Origin: an uncultured Pseudomonadota bacterium
Lineage (GTDB): Bacteria > Myxococcota_A > Polyangia > Fen-1088
DNA: 64,000 bases
NCBI GenBank assembly: GCA_963847705.1
Contig: CAWKBC010000017.1
Span: 1 to 64,000, forward strand
Reading direction: 5' to 3'
The translations under genes were made by a program, and so were the position numbers. Each line of letters opens with the position of its first letter. Position 1 is the stretch's first letter. This document shows, one piece after another, positions 9,441 to 21,163 of the stretch. The notes beneath the pieces are model-generated. The model saw only the letters and a list, made by a program, of their open reading frames with translations. It ran no database searches and had not been told where the DNA came from.

Positions 9441-10484
9441 ATGAACATGCGTCAGCTCGGCAGAACGGGTTTGCGCGTCTCGGAGATCTGCTTCGGGACG
9501 ATGACCTTCGGCGGCGAGGGGATCTACCAGGCCATCGGCACCACCGCGCAGGCGGAGGCCGATCGTCTGGTGGGCGCCTGTCGCGACGCCGGCATCAATT
9601 TCTTCGACACGGCGGACACCTACTCGATGGGGCGCGCCGAGGAGATCCTGGGCCGAGCGCTGGGCGCGCGGCGCAAGGAGGTGGTGGTCGCGACCAAGGT
9701 GCGCGGCCGCGTCGGTGCAGGCCCCAACGAGGTGGGCCTCTCGCGCGGCCACATCATGGACTCGGTCGAGGGGAGCCTGCGGCGGCTCGGCACCGACTAC
9801 CTCGACCTCTATCAGATCCACGGCTACGACGCGCTCACGCCCTGGGAGGAGACGCTGCGCGCGCTCGACGATCTGGTGCGCACGGGGAAGGTCCGCTACC
9901 TCGGCGCCTCGAACCTCGCCGCCTGGCACCTCATGAAGGCGCTGGGCGTCAGCGAGCGGAACGGCCTCGAGCGCTTCGAGACCATCCAGTCCTACTATTC
10001 GATCGTCGGGCGCGATCTGGAGCGGGAGCTGGTCCCGCTGATGAAGTCCGAGCAGGTGGGCCTCCTCATCTGGAGCCCGCTGGCGGGTGGCTTTCTGGGC
10101 GGCAAGTTCGGGCGCGACCAGAAGAGCCCCACCGGCACCCGCCGCGCCGGCTTCAGCTTCCCGCCGGTCGACGAGACGCGTGGCTACGCCGTGCTCGACG
10201 CGCTCGGCGAGGTGGCGCGGGAGCTGGAGATCTCGGTCCCGCGCCTGGCCCTGGCCTGGCTGCTTCATCAGAGCGTCACCACCAGCGTGATCGTCGGCGC
10301 CCGCAATGACGACCAGCTCCGCGACAACCTGGCCGCCTCGGAGGTGAAGCTCTCGCCCGCCCAGCTCGAGCGGCTCGATCGGGCCAGCGCGCTGCCGCCC
10401 GAGTACCCCGGCTGGATGGTCACCGTGCAGTCGCGCGATCGCCTGGAAGCGATCCCCCCCGAGCGGCGCTTCGCCAAGACCTAG
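9441..10484 (+). CDS. Aldo/keto reductase
   Basis: LGRTGLRVSEICFGTMTFG; FFDTADTY; DYLDLYQIH; WSPLAGG. Confidence 0.92.
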   Translation: MNMRQLGRTGLRVSEICFGTMTFGGEGIYQAIGTTAQAEADRLVGACRDAGINFFDTADTYSMGRAEEILGRALGARRKEVVVATKVRGRVGAGPNEVGLSRGHIMDSVEGSLRRLGTDYLDLYQIHGYDALTPWEETLRALDDLVRTGKVRYLGASNLAAWHLMKALGVSERNGLERFETIQSYYSIVGRDLERELVPLMKSEQVGLLIWSPLAGGFLGGKFGRDQKSPTGTRRAGFSFPPVDETRGYAVLDALGEVARELEISVPRLALAWLLHQSVTTSVIVGARNDDQLRDNLAASEVKLSPAQLERLDRASALPPEYPGWMVTVQSRDRLEAIPPERRFAKT

Positions 10485-10485
10485 G

Positions 10486-11708
<1,223 letters not shown>

Positions 11709-11712
<4 letters not shown>

Positions 11713-11993
11713 CTTCGCGTCGGGCTGCGTCCGGCCGCGGCCAGGACGCCCAGCTCGACGGGCACCAGCGGCGGGCGCGCGGTGAAGGGGGCGAGCGCGG
11801 CGGGGTCGCTCCCGGTGGCCTCGGCGACGGCGCGCGCCACCTCGCGCAGGCACTCCTTCCCCTGGCAGGGGCCCGTGCCGAAGCCGGTGTAGCGCTTGAC
11901 CTCCTCGAGATCGCCGCGACCGAGCTTCACCGCATGCTGCACGTCGGCCAACGTCACGTCCTCGCAGCGGCAGAGGATCACCTTGCGCGACAC
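11709..11993 (-). CDS. BFD-like (2Fe-2S)-binding small subunit
   Basis: [34 protein letters not shown]; GTG start at 11993. Confidence 0.85.
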
Positions 11994-12010
11994 GGTGGCG
12001 CCCCGTCCCG

Positions 12011-12826
12011 TTACGGCGCGCCCGGCGCCGGCGGCTCGAACATCTTGTCGTCCATCGGCTCGTCGAAGACGATCTGGTCGATGGTGGTGACCACCGTGAT
12101 CGGCCCGGCCTGCATCTCTGATTCGAACGGGATTTTCACCCCGCCCACCGGTCGCCAGTTTTTTACAACGGAATGAAAAGGGACGTCTCCTTGCAAGGTT
12201 GTGCGCATTCCTTCCTGTGACACTTGAAGGTGCGTGCGTCCGTCGTAGCAGGTGCGGATCGCAGGCCCGATCTTCGGCGTCATCGTCAGGCACTCGAGCC
12301 CCGCTGGTGAATCGATGGCGGTCTCGATCTTCGGGAACAGCTCATGCGCTTGCAGGTCGGGATTCCAGGCGGCCTCGATACGCGCCTGCTCGGCCTCGGA
12401 CCCATCGAGAAGTCGGATGCCGTTGATCGGGTCCTGCGCCCACATGACGGTGCCGTTCGACCCCTCTCGGACCGAGCCGACGCCAGGGAGGGAGGTGAGG
12501 GTCAGCGACCGGTTGGCGTTGGTCTGGAAGTGTTCCTCCGGACCCGCCATCCCCATCCCTTGCAGAGTGATCGTCAGCTTGACGTGCGCCGTCTTGTGCG
12601 CGGCCCATCCCGCCACGCCGCCGGTTGCGGCGACGGCGTCGGCCAGGATCGCGTCGGGTGTGCGCAGGCCGGCAGCGGCGGGCGTCGCCGGTGCGGTGGC
12701 GGGCGCCGCCTGCGCGGTCACAGGCGCCGGCGGCTGCTTGGCCGCGCACCCGGCTGCCAGAGCGGGGAACAGGAGGAGGACCAAAGCGCGCGTCGTCGTC
12801 GTCATCATCGTCATCTTCATAGTCAT
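12011..12826 (-). CDS. Lipoprotein with LolA-like beta-rich fold (uncharacterised)
   Basis: Lipobox AAGC; [30 protein letters not shown]; ATGA overlap with the upstream gene. Confidence 0.75.
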   Translation of the reverse strand: MTMKMTMMTTTTRALVLLLFPALAAGCAAKQPPAPVTAQAAPATAPATPAAAGLRTPDAILADAVAATGGVAGWAAHKTAHVKLTITLQGMGMAGPEEHFQTNANRSLTLTSLPGVGSVREGSNGTVMWAQDPINGIRLLDGSEAEQARIEAAWNPDLQAHELFPKIETAIDSPAGLECLTMTPKIGPAIRTCYDGRTHLQVSQEGMRTTLQGDVPFHSVVKNWRPVGGVKIPFESEMQAGPITVVTTIDQIVFDEPMDDKMFEPPAPGAP

Positions 12827-15642
12827 TTTTGTGGGCCGCGCGATGCTCGGACGGCGGCGAGGGCAGCGTCAAGGACCGGATCTCGGCCGTTGCGCAGGCC
12901 TGCGCGCGTCTCGACCACCCGCCTGTCCGGCTGCACGCCGCGCCCCTCCAGCATCACCCCCTTCGGCGTCTTGAAGTCGGCGACCACGTACTGCATGACG
13001 GCGCCGCCCGGCAGCTGCTGCACCACCGACGGCAGCACGGCGCCCAGCGTGGTGTCACCCACGACGATCGCGCGCTTGGCCTCCTGCAGCCCCGCGGCGA
13101 ACATCTCGGATGTTGAGGCGGTCCCCTCGTCGGTCAGGATCGCCAGCGGACCCAGAAAGGGCGTCACCCCCATCTGGGGCCGTGCGTCGAACTTCTGCCC
13201 CATGTCGCGGAAGGTGAGCGTCCCCAGGCCCACCGGCTGGTCCACGAACAGCGAGGCGACCGGGATGGACATCGCCCCCTGGCCGCCCGGGTTGCCGCGC
13301 ACGTCGAGCACGATGGCCCGCACGTGGTGCTGCTGAAAGCGGGCCAGCGCCTTCTTGATGTCGCCCAGCACCGGGTCGAGGAAGAAGATGCTGAAGGCGA
13401 TGACGCCGACGTCGCCGACCTCGTAGGCGCGGACCTCGGGGTAGATCGGGGGCAGGAAGCCGAGCTGCACCGCCTGGCCGCGCGGCGGATCGCGAACCAG
13501 CACCGCCTTGCCGGGGCGGTCGCGATCGTCGAGGTAGTTGACGGTCACGCGCGTCCCGACCGGTCCGGCCAGCCGGAGGGCGGCGGCGCGCCGCAGCTCG
13601 AAGCGCTCCTCCACCGGGCGGAGCGCGCGCGTCGAGTTGTGCGGCGCGCTCAGCGGGCGGCCGCCGATCTGGGTGACGACGTACCCGGGCGCCAGGCCGA
13701 CCTTGTCGGCGGACGAGCCGGCGCGGACGCGGGTGATCGTGGGCCGCCCTTCGATGACGCGCACGGTGAGACCCGGATCGCCGATCGCTCCGCCGAGGGA
13801 GCCGGTGGCCTCTTCGGCCGGTCCGTTGGCGGGGACGTCGCCCGGCTTCGCCGTCTCGTCGGCGGCCACCTCGTCCTCGGCGCCGGGGCCGGTGATCATC
13901 ATGTGCGACTGCCCCAGCTCGCCGATCATCTGGTTGAGGACGCGGTAGAAGGCCGCCTCGGACGGCGCGCCGAGCGCCAGCGGCTCGTACTTGGCGCGGA
14001 CCGCGTTCCAGTCGAGGCCGCCCAGCGTCTTGTCGTAGTGCTTGTCGCGCACGGTCGTCCAGGCGGCGTCCAGAATCGCGCGCCGCAGCTTGGTGCGCGC
14101 GTCGGCGGTGCTGTCCGGCGTGGCCGGAGGCGGGGCGGCGAAGGGGGGCGGCTCGATGATCCCGGGCGGCAATGTGGGCGTCGCGGCCGGCGCCGCGGCG
14201 GTGGCGGGCGCAGGTGTCGTGGGCGCCGCGCAGCCGCCGGGGAGCACCGCCAGCGCGACGAGCAGCGCCAGCGTCGCGGCCAGCGCGCGCCCGACCTTGG
14301 CGCCGTCGCGGGCGGCCGCCTCGGGGCCGGCGTAGCCGGTGACGTCGCCGCAGGCGAAGATCTCCGGGACCGTGGTGGCGCCCTCTGCGTCGACGACCGC
14401 GGCGAACCCGCCGCGCGCCGCGTCGAAGGCGACGGCGGCGCCGTGTTGCCGCGGCAGCTCCGAGGCGGGCGAGGGGAGCGTGGCCACCGCCACCAGCGCG
14501 CCTTCGAGCTTCCGGGTGGTCCCGTCCGCCGCCCGGAGCAACAGGCCGCGCACCCGCTTCGTCCCGCGCGCGCCGACGACCGTCTCGCGCGTCAGATCCA
14601 CGCGCTCCGTGCGGACCCCGGCCTCGCGGAGCGCGCGCTCGAGCGGCGCCGCCGTCGGCGCGCCGTCGAGGACGATCACCGTGCCCTTGGGCGGCACCGG
14701 TCGGACGCCCCAGTGCAACGCCAGCCGGCCGCAGGCGCGGGCGGAGATGACCCCCGGTCGATCGTTGTCGGCGAACGGCAGGTTCTGATCATAGCCGCCG
14801 GTGGCGTAGAGCGTGCGCCGCGCCCGCACGCGGACCAGCCGATCCCCGGCCACCACCGCCAGGAGCCCCCGCCCGCCGCCCGCCGCTTCGTCTGACACTT
14901 CGCCCGATACTTCGTGGGACGCTTCGTCCTCGGGGTAGTAGCCGATGGCCGTCGCGCGCGCGACCAGCCGGACGCCGGCGCCGCGGGCCGCCTCGGCCAT
15001 CGCCGCCGCCCGCGCCGTCCCGCCCGCCTCGGCGAGCAGCGAGCCGCCGGGCGCCGCCTGCTCGTCGTAAAGTGCGACGCGCGCGCCGGGCGCCGCCTCG
15101 GCGACCGCGCGCGCCGCGGCCAGCCCTGCCGGTCCGCCGCCGATCACGCAGACGTCGAGCGTCTCGTCGCGTGGCGCCAGGCGGGCCGCCGGGGGCGCGT
15201 CGGGCAGCGTCCCGGCGCCGCCCATCTCGCGCACCAGCTTCAGGAAGAGGGCATTGCCGGTCGGGCTGCCGGTCATCATGGTGTGGTGGTCCATCCCTTC
15301 GGGGAACAGCCAGTCGGCGGCGCCCAGCAGATCGAGGTCGGCGCTGGGGAAGGCGTTCTGGCGGGCGCAGGCCAGATCGGCGCGCGCCGGCGTCAGGCAG
15401 GCGCGCTGGTTGGGGCGGCCGTCGATCCGCAGGAGACAGGCGGCGCAGTGCCCGTCGAGGCAGAAGAACCCGCGCGGGCGGTGGTACTTCGACGAGCGCG
15501 CCAGCGTCTCGATCCCGGCGGCGTGCAGCGCCACGGCGACGGGCTCGCCCGCGAAGGCGGGGACCGGCGTCCCTTCGAAGTCGATGGTGATGGAGAGGCC
15601 GCGGGCGGCACCAGGAGAGAGGTCTCGCAGATCGGGGGACAC
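12823..15642 (-). CDS. Apparent fusion: sarcosine-oxidase-alpha-like 2Fe-2S/FAD oxidoreductase, hydrophobic lipobox-like segment, then PDZ-containing S41 protease
   Basis: RSSKYHRPRGFFCLDGHCAAC; DVCVIGGGPAG; ACGDVTG; LALLVALAVLPGGC; DVRGNPGG; TASTSE; probable GTG start at 15642. Confidence 0.75.
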   Translation of the reverse strand: MSPDLRDLSPGAARGLSITIDFEGTPVPAFAGEPVAVALHAAGIETLARSSKYHRPRGFFCLDGHCAACLLRIDGRPNQRACLTPARADLACARQNAFPSADLDLLGAADWLFPEGMDHHTMMTGSPTGNALFLKLVREMGGAGTLPDAPPAARLAPRDETLDVCVIGGGPAGLAAARAVAEAAPGARVALYDEQAAPGGSLLAEAGGTARAAAMAEAARGAGVRLVARATAIGYYPEDEASHEVSGEVSDEAAGGGRGLLAVVAGDRLVRVRARRTLYATGGYDQNLPFADNDRPGVISARACGRLALHWGVRPVPPKGTVIVLDGAPTAAPLERALREAGVRTERVDLTRETVVGARGTKRVRGLLLRAADGTTRKLEGALVAVATLPSPASELPRQHGAAVAFDAARGGFAAVVDAEGATTVPEIFACGDVTGYAGPEAAARDGAKVGRALAATLALLVALAVLPGGCAAPTTPAPATAAAPAATPTLPPGIIEPPPFAAPPPATPDSTADARTKLRRAILDAAWTTVRDKHYDKTLGGLDWNAVRAKYEPLALGAPSEAAFYRVLNQMIGELGQSHMMITGPGAEDEVAADETAKPGDVPANGPAEEATGSLGGAIGDPGLTVRVIEGRPTITRVRAGSSADKVGLAPGYVVTQIGGRPLSAPHNSTRALRPVEERFELRRAAALRLAGPVGTRVTVNYLDDRDRPGKAVLVRDPPRGQAVQLGFLPPIYPEVRAYEVGDVGVIAFSIFFLDPVLGDIKKALARFQQHHVRAIVLDVRGNPGGQGAMSIPVASLFVDQPVGLGTLTFRDMGQKFDARPQMGVTPFLGPLAILTDEGTASTSEMFAAGLQEAKRAIVVGDTTLGAVLPSVVQQLPGGAVMQYVVADFKTPKGVMLEGRGVQPDRRVVETRAGLRNGRDPVLDAALAAVRASRGPQK

Positions 15643-15844
15643 CTGCCTAATGTAACAGCCAGGCGCGGCTGATTCGTGCGAGGAGATCTGGAACGACCAA
15701 TCGACTCCTTCGCGCGATCGCCGCGAACAGCAGCAGCTCGACCGAAGAACGACATGGCAGGCGAAGGATGACCCCGCCGCGCCTCGGGGCCACTCGACTG
15801 ATCGTCTCGACGAAGCGGGCGGCCCGCGGTATCTCTCGGCGCAC

Positions 15845-16846
15845 GTGAAACCGATCGTCTCCATCTCGGGGCTGACCAAGACCTACGCTTCGGGCTTCGT
15901 GGCCCTCAAGAAGATCGACCTCGAGATCGGCAAGGGGGAGATCTTCGCGCTCTTGGGGCCGAACGGCGCCGGGAAGACCACGCTCATCAACATCATCTGC
16001 GGGATCGTCACGCCGTCGAGCGGCACGGTGACGGCGGACGGCCACGACATCGTGCGCGACTATCGGGCGGCGCGCTTTCGGATCGGCCTGGTCCCGCAGG
16101 AGCTGACCACCGACGCGTTCGAGACGGTGTGGGCGACGGTCAGCTTCAGCCGCGGGCTGTTTCGGCGTCCCGCCAGCCCGGCCTACGTCGAGAAGGTGCT
16201 GCGCGACCTGACCCTCTGGGACAAGCGGGGAAGCAAGATCATGACGCTCTCCGGGGGGATGAAGCGCCGGGTGATGATCGCCAAGGCGCTGGCGCACGAG
16301 CCGGAGATCCTGTTCCTCGACGAGCCGACCGCCGGGGTGGACGTCGAGCTCCGGCGCGACATGTGGGCGCTGGTGCGGCGGCTGCGCGCCGGCGGCGTCA
16401 CCATCATCCTGACCACGCACTACATCGACGAGGCGGAGGAGATGGCCGACCGGATCGGCATCATCAACAAGGGCCAGCTGATCGTGGTCGAGGAGAAGAC
16501 GAAGTTGATGCAGAAGCTCGGCAAGCGGCAGCTGACGTTGAATCTTCAGGAGCCGATGGCGGAGCTCCCGGCTGCGCTGGCCGGATGGCCGCTGGCGCTC
16601 AAGGCCCAGGGCAACCAGCTGGAGTACACCTTCGACGCGCGCGACGCGGGGCAGGGGACGGCTGGCGGCGCCGCCGGCGACAAGCCGCAGGACATTCCCT
16701 CGCTGCTCCGGCGCCTCGGCGAGATCGGGATCGGGTTCAAGGACCTCTCCACCAGCCAGAGCTCCCTGGAGGAGATCTTCGTGAACCTGGTCACCGACGG
16801 CACGCACGCCGGCCACGCCGGAACGGAACGCGGCGGTCAGTCATGA
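15845..16846 (+). CDS. ABC transporter ATP-binding protein (YadG-like)
   Basis: GPNGAGKTT; LSGGMKRR; LFLDEPT. Confidence 0.92.
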   Translation: MKPIVSISGLTKTYASGFVALKKIDLEIGKGEIFALLGPNGAGKTTLINIICGIVTPSSGTVTADGHDIVRDYRAARFRIGLVPQELTTDAFETVWATVSFSRGLFRRPASPAYVEKVLRDLTLWDKRGSKIMTLSGGMKRRVMIAKALAHEPEILFLDEPTAGVDVELRRDMWALVRRLRAGGVTIILTTHYIDEAEEMADRIGIINKGQLIVVEEKTKLMQKLGKRQLTLNLQEPMAELPAALAGWPLALKAQGNQLEYTFDARDAGQGTAGGAAGDKPQDIPSLLRRLGEIGIGFKDLSTSQSSLEEIFVNLVTDGTHAGHAGTERGGQS

Positions 16847-17619
16847 GCGACGTCGGCTTCAACCGCACCGGCGTCTGGGCGATCTACCGCTTCGAGATGG
16901 CCCGCTTCGTCCGCACGCTGCTGCAGAGCGTGGTCACCCCGGTGATCTCGACCTCTCTCTACTTCGTGGTGTTCGGCTCCGCGATCGGCTCGCGCATGGC
17001 GCGCGTGGGCGGGGTCTCCTACGGCGCCTTCATCGTGCCGGGCCTCATCATGCTGTCGGTCCTGACCGCCAGCATCTCGAACGCCTCGTTCGGGATCTAC
17101 TTCCCCAAGTTCACCGGCACCATCTACGAGATCCTCTCGGCGCCGATCTCGTTCGTCGAGATGATCGTCGGCTACGTGGGCGCCGCCGCGACCAAGGCGA
17201 TCAGCCTCGGCCTCATCATCCTGGCCACCGCCACCGCCTTCGTCCCCGTCGAGGTGCACCACCCGCTCTGGATGATCGCCTTCCTGTTGCTGACGGCGGT
17301 GACCTTCAGCGTGTTCGGCTTCGTGATCGGCATCTGGGCCGGCGGCTTCGAGCAGCTGCAGCTGATCCCGATGCTGATCGTCACGCCGCTGACCTTCCTG
17401 GGCGGCGCCTTCTACTCGATCGACATGCTGCCGGCGCGCTGGCGGACGCTGGCGCTCTTCAACCCGGTCGTCTACCTGGTGAGCGGCTTCCGCTGGGCCT
17501 TCTACGACACCGCCGACGTGGCGGTTGGCATCAGCCTGGCGATGACCTCCGGCTTCTTGCTGCTCCTGCTGCTCGTGGTCGGCTGGATGTTCAAGACCGG
17601 CTACCGGCTGAAGAAGTAG
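16843..17619 (+). CDS. ABC-2 type permease (YadH-like)
   Basis: [36 protein letters not shown]; ATGA overlap. Confidence 0.9.
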   Translation: MSDVGFNRTGVWAIYRFEMARFVRTLLQSVVTPVISTSLYFVVFGSAIGSRMARVGGVSYGAFIVPGLIMLSVLTASISNASFGIYFPKFTGTIYEILSAPISFVEMIVGYVGAAATKAISLGLIILATATAFVPVEVHHPLWMIAFLLLTAVTFSVFGFVIGIWAGGFEQLQLIPMLIVTPLTFLGGAFYSIDMLPARWRTLALFNPVVYLVSGFRWAFYDTADVAVGISLAMTSGFLLLLLLVVGWMFKTGYRLKK

Positions 17620-17749
17620 CTCGGCGGCTCAGAACGAAAGAGAGAGGGAGACGCCCCCGTTCCGCGGAGGTGCCAGAGCTGGGTGGCGAGAAGGATTTTG
17701 CATCTTCAGCTGTTACGTTTCGCGATCCCGGTTATCAAGATTGCCTGAA

Positions 17750-18940
17750 ATGGAACAACCACCCCCCGCACCTGAAGCCTCCGACTCCGGAGGTCCGGTC
17801 GTCGTCCCGGCCCCGTCCGAACAGGCGGTGCGCTACCACCGCAGCGGAAACGTGATCTGGGCGGTCGAGCAGTTGCTGGGGCTGGTGCTCCCGGCGCTGT
17901 TGCTGTTCACCGGACTGTCGGCCCGGCTGCGGACCATCGCCGCGGGGATGGCGCACGGAACCTTCTACCCGACGCTGGTCATCTACCTGGCGCTGCTGTC
18001 GACGCTCCTGTTCGTGGTGCAGCTGCCGCTCTCGTACTACACGGGCTACGCGCGCGAGCACGCCTATGGCCTCTCGTCGCAGCGGTTCGGCAAGTGGCTG
18101 AGCGACGAGGTGAAGGGGCTCCTCCTGGGGGTGCTCATCGGCGCGGCGGTGTTGTGGGTCCCCTACCTGCTGCTGCGGTCGAGCCCCGAGCGCTGGTGGC
18201 TCTGGACGGGCGCGCTGGCGCTGCCGTTCTTCGGGCTGGTGCTGCTGGTGACGCCGGTCTTCATCGCGCCGCTCTTCAACAAGTTCGGCCCGATGAAGGA
18301 CAAGGCGCTGGAGGCCGAGCTGCTGGCCGTCGCCGCGCAGGCCGGCGTCGACGGCGCGCGCGTCTTCGAGGTGGAGAAGAGCGTCGACACCAAGAAGGTC
18401 AACGCCTACGTGACGGGGGTCGGCAAGACCAAGCGCATCGTCCTGTGGGACACGCTGCTCGCCCGCCTCACGCCGCGCCAGGCCCGCTTCGTCGTCGGCC
18501 ACGAGCTCGGCCACTATGTGCTCGGCCACGTCTGGATCAACATCGTGATCTCCTCGGCGCTGGTGGTGGCGGGGCTCTACGGCGTGCACCGCACGGCGGA
18601 CGGCCTCATCGCGGCCTTCGGGGATCGCTTCGGGTTCGATCGCATCTCGGACGTCGCTTCGATGCCGCTGCTCATGCTGCTGCTGGCGCTCTTCGCCATG
18701 GTGATCACGCCCGCCATGCTGGCGCTCTCCCGCCACCACGAGCGCGCGGCCGACAAGTTCGGGCTGGACCTGCTGCGCGACAAACAGGCCGCGGCGACCG
18801 CCTTCGTGGCGCTGCAGGAGCAGAACCTGGCCGTCCCGCGCCCGGGGCGGCTCTACAAGCTGTTCCGCGCCAGCCACCCGCCGATCGGGGAGCGGGTCGA
18901 CTTCATCAACGAGTACCGGGCGTCGGCCGGGCGGCGCTGA
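17750..18940 (+). CDS. M48 family Zn metalloprotease (Ste24-like)
   Basis: NAYVTG; RIVLWDTL; GHELGH; ERAAD; SHPP. Confidence 0.9.
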   Translation: MEQPPPAPEASDSGGPVVVPAPSEQAVRYHRSGNVIWAVEQLLGLVLPALLLFTGLSARLRTIAAGMAHGTFYPTLVIYLALLSTLLFVVQLPLSYYTGYAREHAYGLSSQRFGKWLSDEVKGLLLGVLIGAAVLWVPYLLLRSSPERWWLWTGALALPFFGLVLLVTPVFIAPLFNKFGPMKDKALEAELLAVAAQAGVDGARVFEVEKSVDTKKVNAYVTGVGKTKRIVLWDTLLARLTPRQARFVVGHELGHYVLGHVWINIVISSALVVAGLYGVHRTADGLIAAFGDRFGFDRISDVASMPLLMLLLALFAMVITPAMLALSRHHERAADKFGLDLLRDKQAAATAFVALQEQNLAVPRPGRLYKLFRASHPPIGERVDFINEYRASAGRR

Positions 18941-19039
18941 CGCCCCTCACGGTGGCTGCCGGCGGTCCTCGGCAGAGGTCTTTACTGCGGCCTGGATCTT
19001 GCCGATGCTGGAGCACGCGCACATTGCGCTGGAGGCTCG

Positions 19040-19825
19040 ATGACGAAGGTCGTTCTGCTCGCCGCGTTGGGGATGACCGCCGCCTGTGGCGGCTCGCCGG
19101 CTTTGACCTGCATGACTGCCTCCTGCAATACCGGGAACCAGACCTATCAGCTTTGCGTCAACGCCAACGAGTCGGAGATGTGGAAGTTCGGCGGCATGAG
19201 CTGCAGCGCGCCTTCGGCGAGCTCGTCGGAGGTCCAGACGTGTGTGAATGAAGTGCTCGCCTACTGCGGTGAGGGCGGAGGTGGCACCGGCGGTGTTGGC
19301 GGCACGGGGGGCGCCGGGACGGGAGGGACCGGCAATACGGGAACGGGTGGCACCGGCACCGGCGGTGGCGGCGCCACGGCGTGCACGTACACCGTCTCGG
19401 GCGCGCAGACCGGCAGCGGAACCTGCACGGCGACGGCGGCCCTGACCAGCGACAGCAACGGTGTGGGCTTCGTCGTTTCCGGCGGGCAGGACTTCGAGTT
19501 CGGCGCGACGCTCTCGGGCCAGACCGCGCTGACGCAGGGGCCGTACACCGACGGCGACGCGGCACCGGGCTTTGGCGCCGAGTATCTGGTCGGTCTCACC
19601 GGCGCCTACATGCTCTGTTCGACGAGCGACAACTGCAGCGACGCTCAGGGAGATCCTGTGCCGGCTCAAGGGACGTTCTCCTTGACGGTGACGAGTCCTG
19701 GCCCGGTGCAGACGGCCGGCGGCGGGACGCTCTGGTCGGCGCCGCAAGGGACCTTGACGGTGACGATGCCCGCGCAGCCCGGCGGCGCCGAGACCGGGAC
19801 GGTCACGGTCGTCGTCACCCTCTGA
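19040..19825 (+). CDS. Lipoprotein with Gly/Thr-rich linker
   Basis: Lipobox TAAC; GGTGG repeats; paired Cys. Confidence 0.7.
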   Translation: MTKVVLLAALGMTAACGGSPALTCMTASCNTGNQTYQLCVNANESEMWKFGGMSCSAPSASSSEVQTCVNEVLAYCGEGGGGTGGVGGTGGAGTGGTGNTGTGGTGTGGGGATACTYTVSGAQTGSGTCTATAALTSDSNGVGFVVSGGQDFEFGATLSGQTALTQGPYTDGDAAPGFGAEYLVGLTGAYMLCSTSDNCSDAQGDPVPAQGTFSLTVTSPGPVQTAGGGTLWSAPQGTLTVTMPAQPGGAETGTVTVVVTL

Positions 19826-19965
19826 TGGGCGCGTCGTCCCAGGGGAAGCGATCACCGGGCGTCGAAGCGGCGAGGGGGGCTCGGGCCGAGGGGTCCCGGT
19901 TGAACGACGGTCACCGCTGCAGAGCGAGCTTGCGCGCGTGCGGATCGCGAATTAGAGACCTGAGC

Positions 19966-20406
19966 ATGAGCGACGGTCCACGCATTCTGGAGAAGCGCCT
20001 CTACACGGCGACCGCCTGGGCGACCAACGGGCGCGATGGGCGGATCAAGAGCGACGACGGGATTCTCGATCTGGCCGTGGTCCCGCCCAAGGCGATGGGC
20101 GGCAGCGGGGCCGCAGGGACGAACCCCGAGCAGCTCTTCGCCGCCGGCTACGCGGCCTGCTTCGGCAGCGCGTTCGCGCACGTCGCGCGCCTGCAGAAGG
20201 TCGCGACCGGGCCGGTGACGATCACCGCGCACGTCACACTCGGTCCGACGGTGGGAGGGGCCTACGGAATCGCCGTCGAGCTGGTCGCCGAGGCGCCCGA
20301 GCTGGCGCGTGCCCAAGGGGAGGCGCTGTTGCGCGCGGCCCACGAGGTCTGCCCGTACTCGAACGCCACCCGCGGCAACATCGTGGTCGACCTGCGGCTG
20401 GCGTAA
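19966..20406 (+). CDS. ohr: Organic hydroperoxide resistance protein
   Basis: GTNPEQLFAAGYAACF; AHEVCPYSNATRGN. Confidence 0.93.
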   Translation: MSDGPRILEKRLYTATAWATNGRDGRIKSDDGILDLAVVPPKAMGGSGAAGTNPEQLFAAGYAACFGSAFAHVARLQKVATGPVTITAHVTLGPTVGGAYGIAVELVAEAPELARAQGEALLRAAHEVCPYSNATRGNIVVDLRLA

Positions 20407-20644
20407 CGCCGGCGCGGCGCTGCTTCAGACGGGGCGCTTCGCACCGCCTGAGCCGGTCGCGCCGCCGCTGCCGCCGGACGGGGTCCCGCTCGAGCAGCCG
20501 AGCGCAGCCAGCGCGCACATCACCACCCCGCGGGCGCAGGGGACGGCCGACGAGAGACGCATCAACCTGTGAAGGGCCGCGCGGCGCGATTGTGGTGCGT
20601 TGTATAATCGCCCCACCCGCGTGGGGTTTTCTTCCTGGACGGTC

Positions 20645-21163
20645 ATGCTCGGCGATCTCCGGGGCGCGGCGCCGCTCTCGGCGGAGCTGCGCGAAGAGCT
20701 GCTGGCGTTGCGCGCCGGGCCGGAGCCGGGCGAGCCCTACGGGCGCCGCGCCCTTCATCGTGACGGGGCGGGCGAGGTGATGCTCGCCGGCTGGGGGACC
20801 GACGCGGAGTGTGCGCCGCACGATCACGCCGGCGGCGTGGGCGTGGTGCGCGTGCTCGAGGGCGCGTTCACCGAGACCGACTGGGTGTGGCGCGACGGGA
20901 TCCTGACGCGCGGGGCGACCCGTCGCTGGCGCGCGGGACAGTCGATTCCCGTCGTCGCGGGCGGGATCCACTCGATGGCCGCGCACGGCGCGGGGACCAC
21001 GCTGCACTTCTACCGCCCAGCGATCGCCGGAATGCGGGTGTTCGATCCGGCGCGCCGCCAGACGCTGTCGGTGCGCGACGACTGCGGCGCCTGGGTGCCG
21101 CGCGACGAGGCGCTGGTCGTGGCGCGCGTCGACTGGCAGACAGCGCGACAGGGAGCGCCATGA
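20645..21163 (+). CDS. Cysteine-dioxygenase-like cupin
   Basis: YGRRAL; PHDH; GIHSM; TLHFYRP (3-His metal site plus the S/T-H-Y outer-sphere motif). Confidence 0.8.
   Translation: MLGDLRGAAPLSAELREELLALRAGPEPGEPYGRRALHRDGAGEVMLAGWGTDAECAPHDHAGGVGVVRVLEGAFTETDWVWRDGILTRGATRRWRAGQSIPVVAGGIHSMAAHGAGTTLHFYRPAIAGMRVFDPARRQTLSVRDDCGAWVPRDEALVVARVDWQTARQGAP

Noticed and set aside
19270-19380. GGCACC/GGTGG-type repeats
   Set aside because: Simply encode a Gly/Thr linker typical of myxobacterial lipoproteins.
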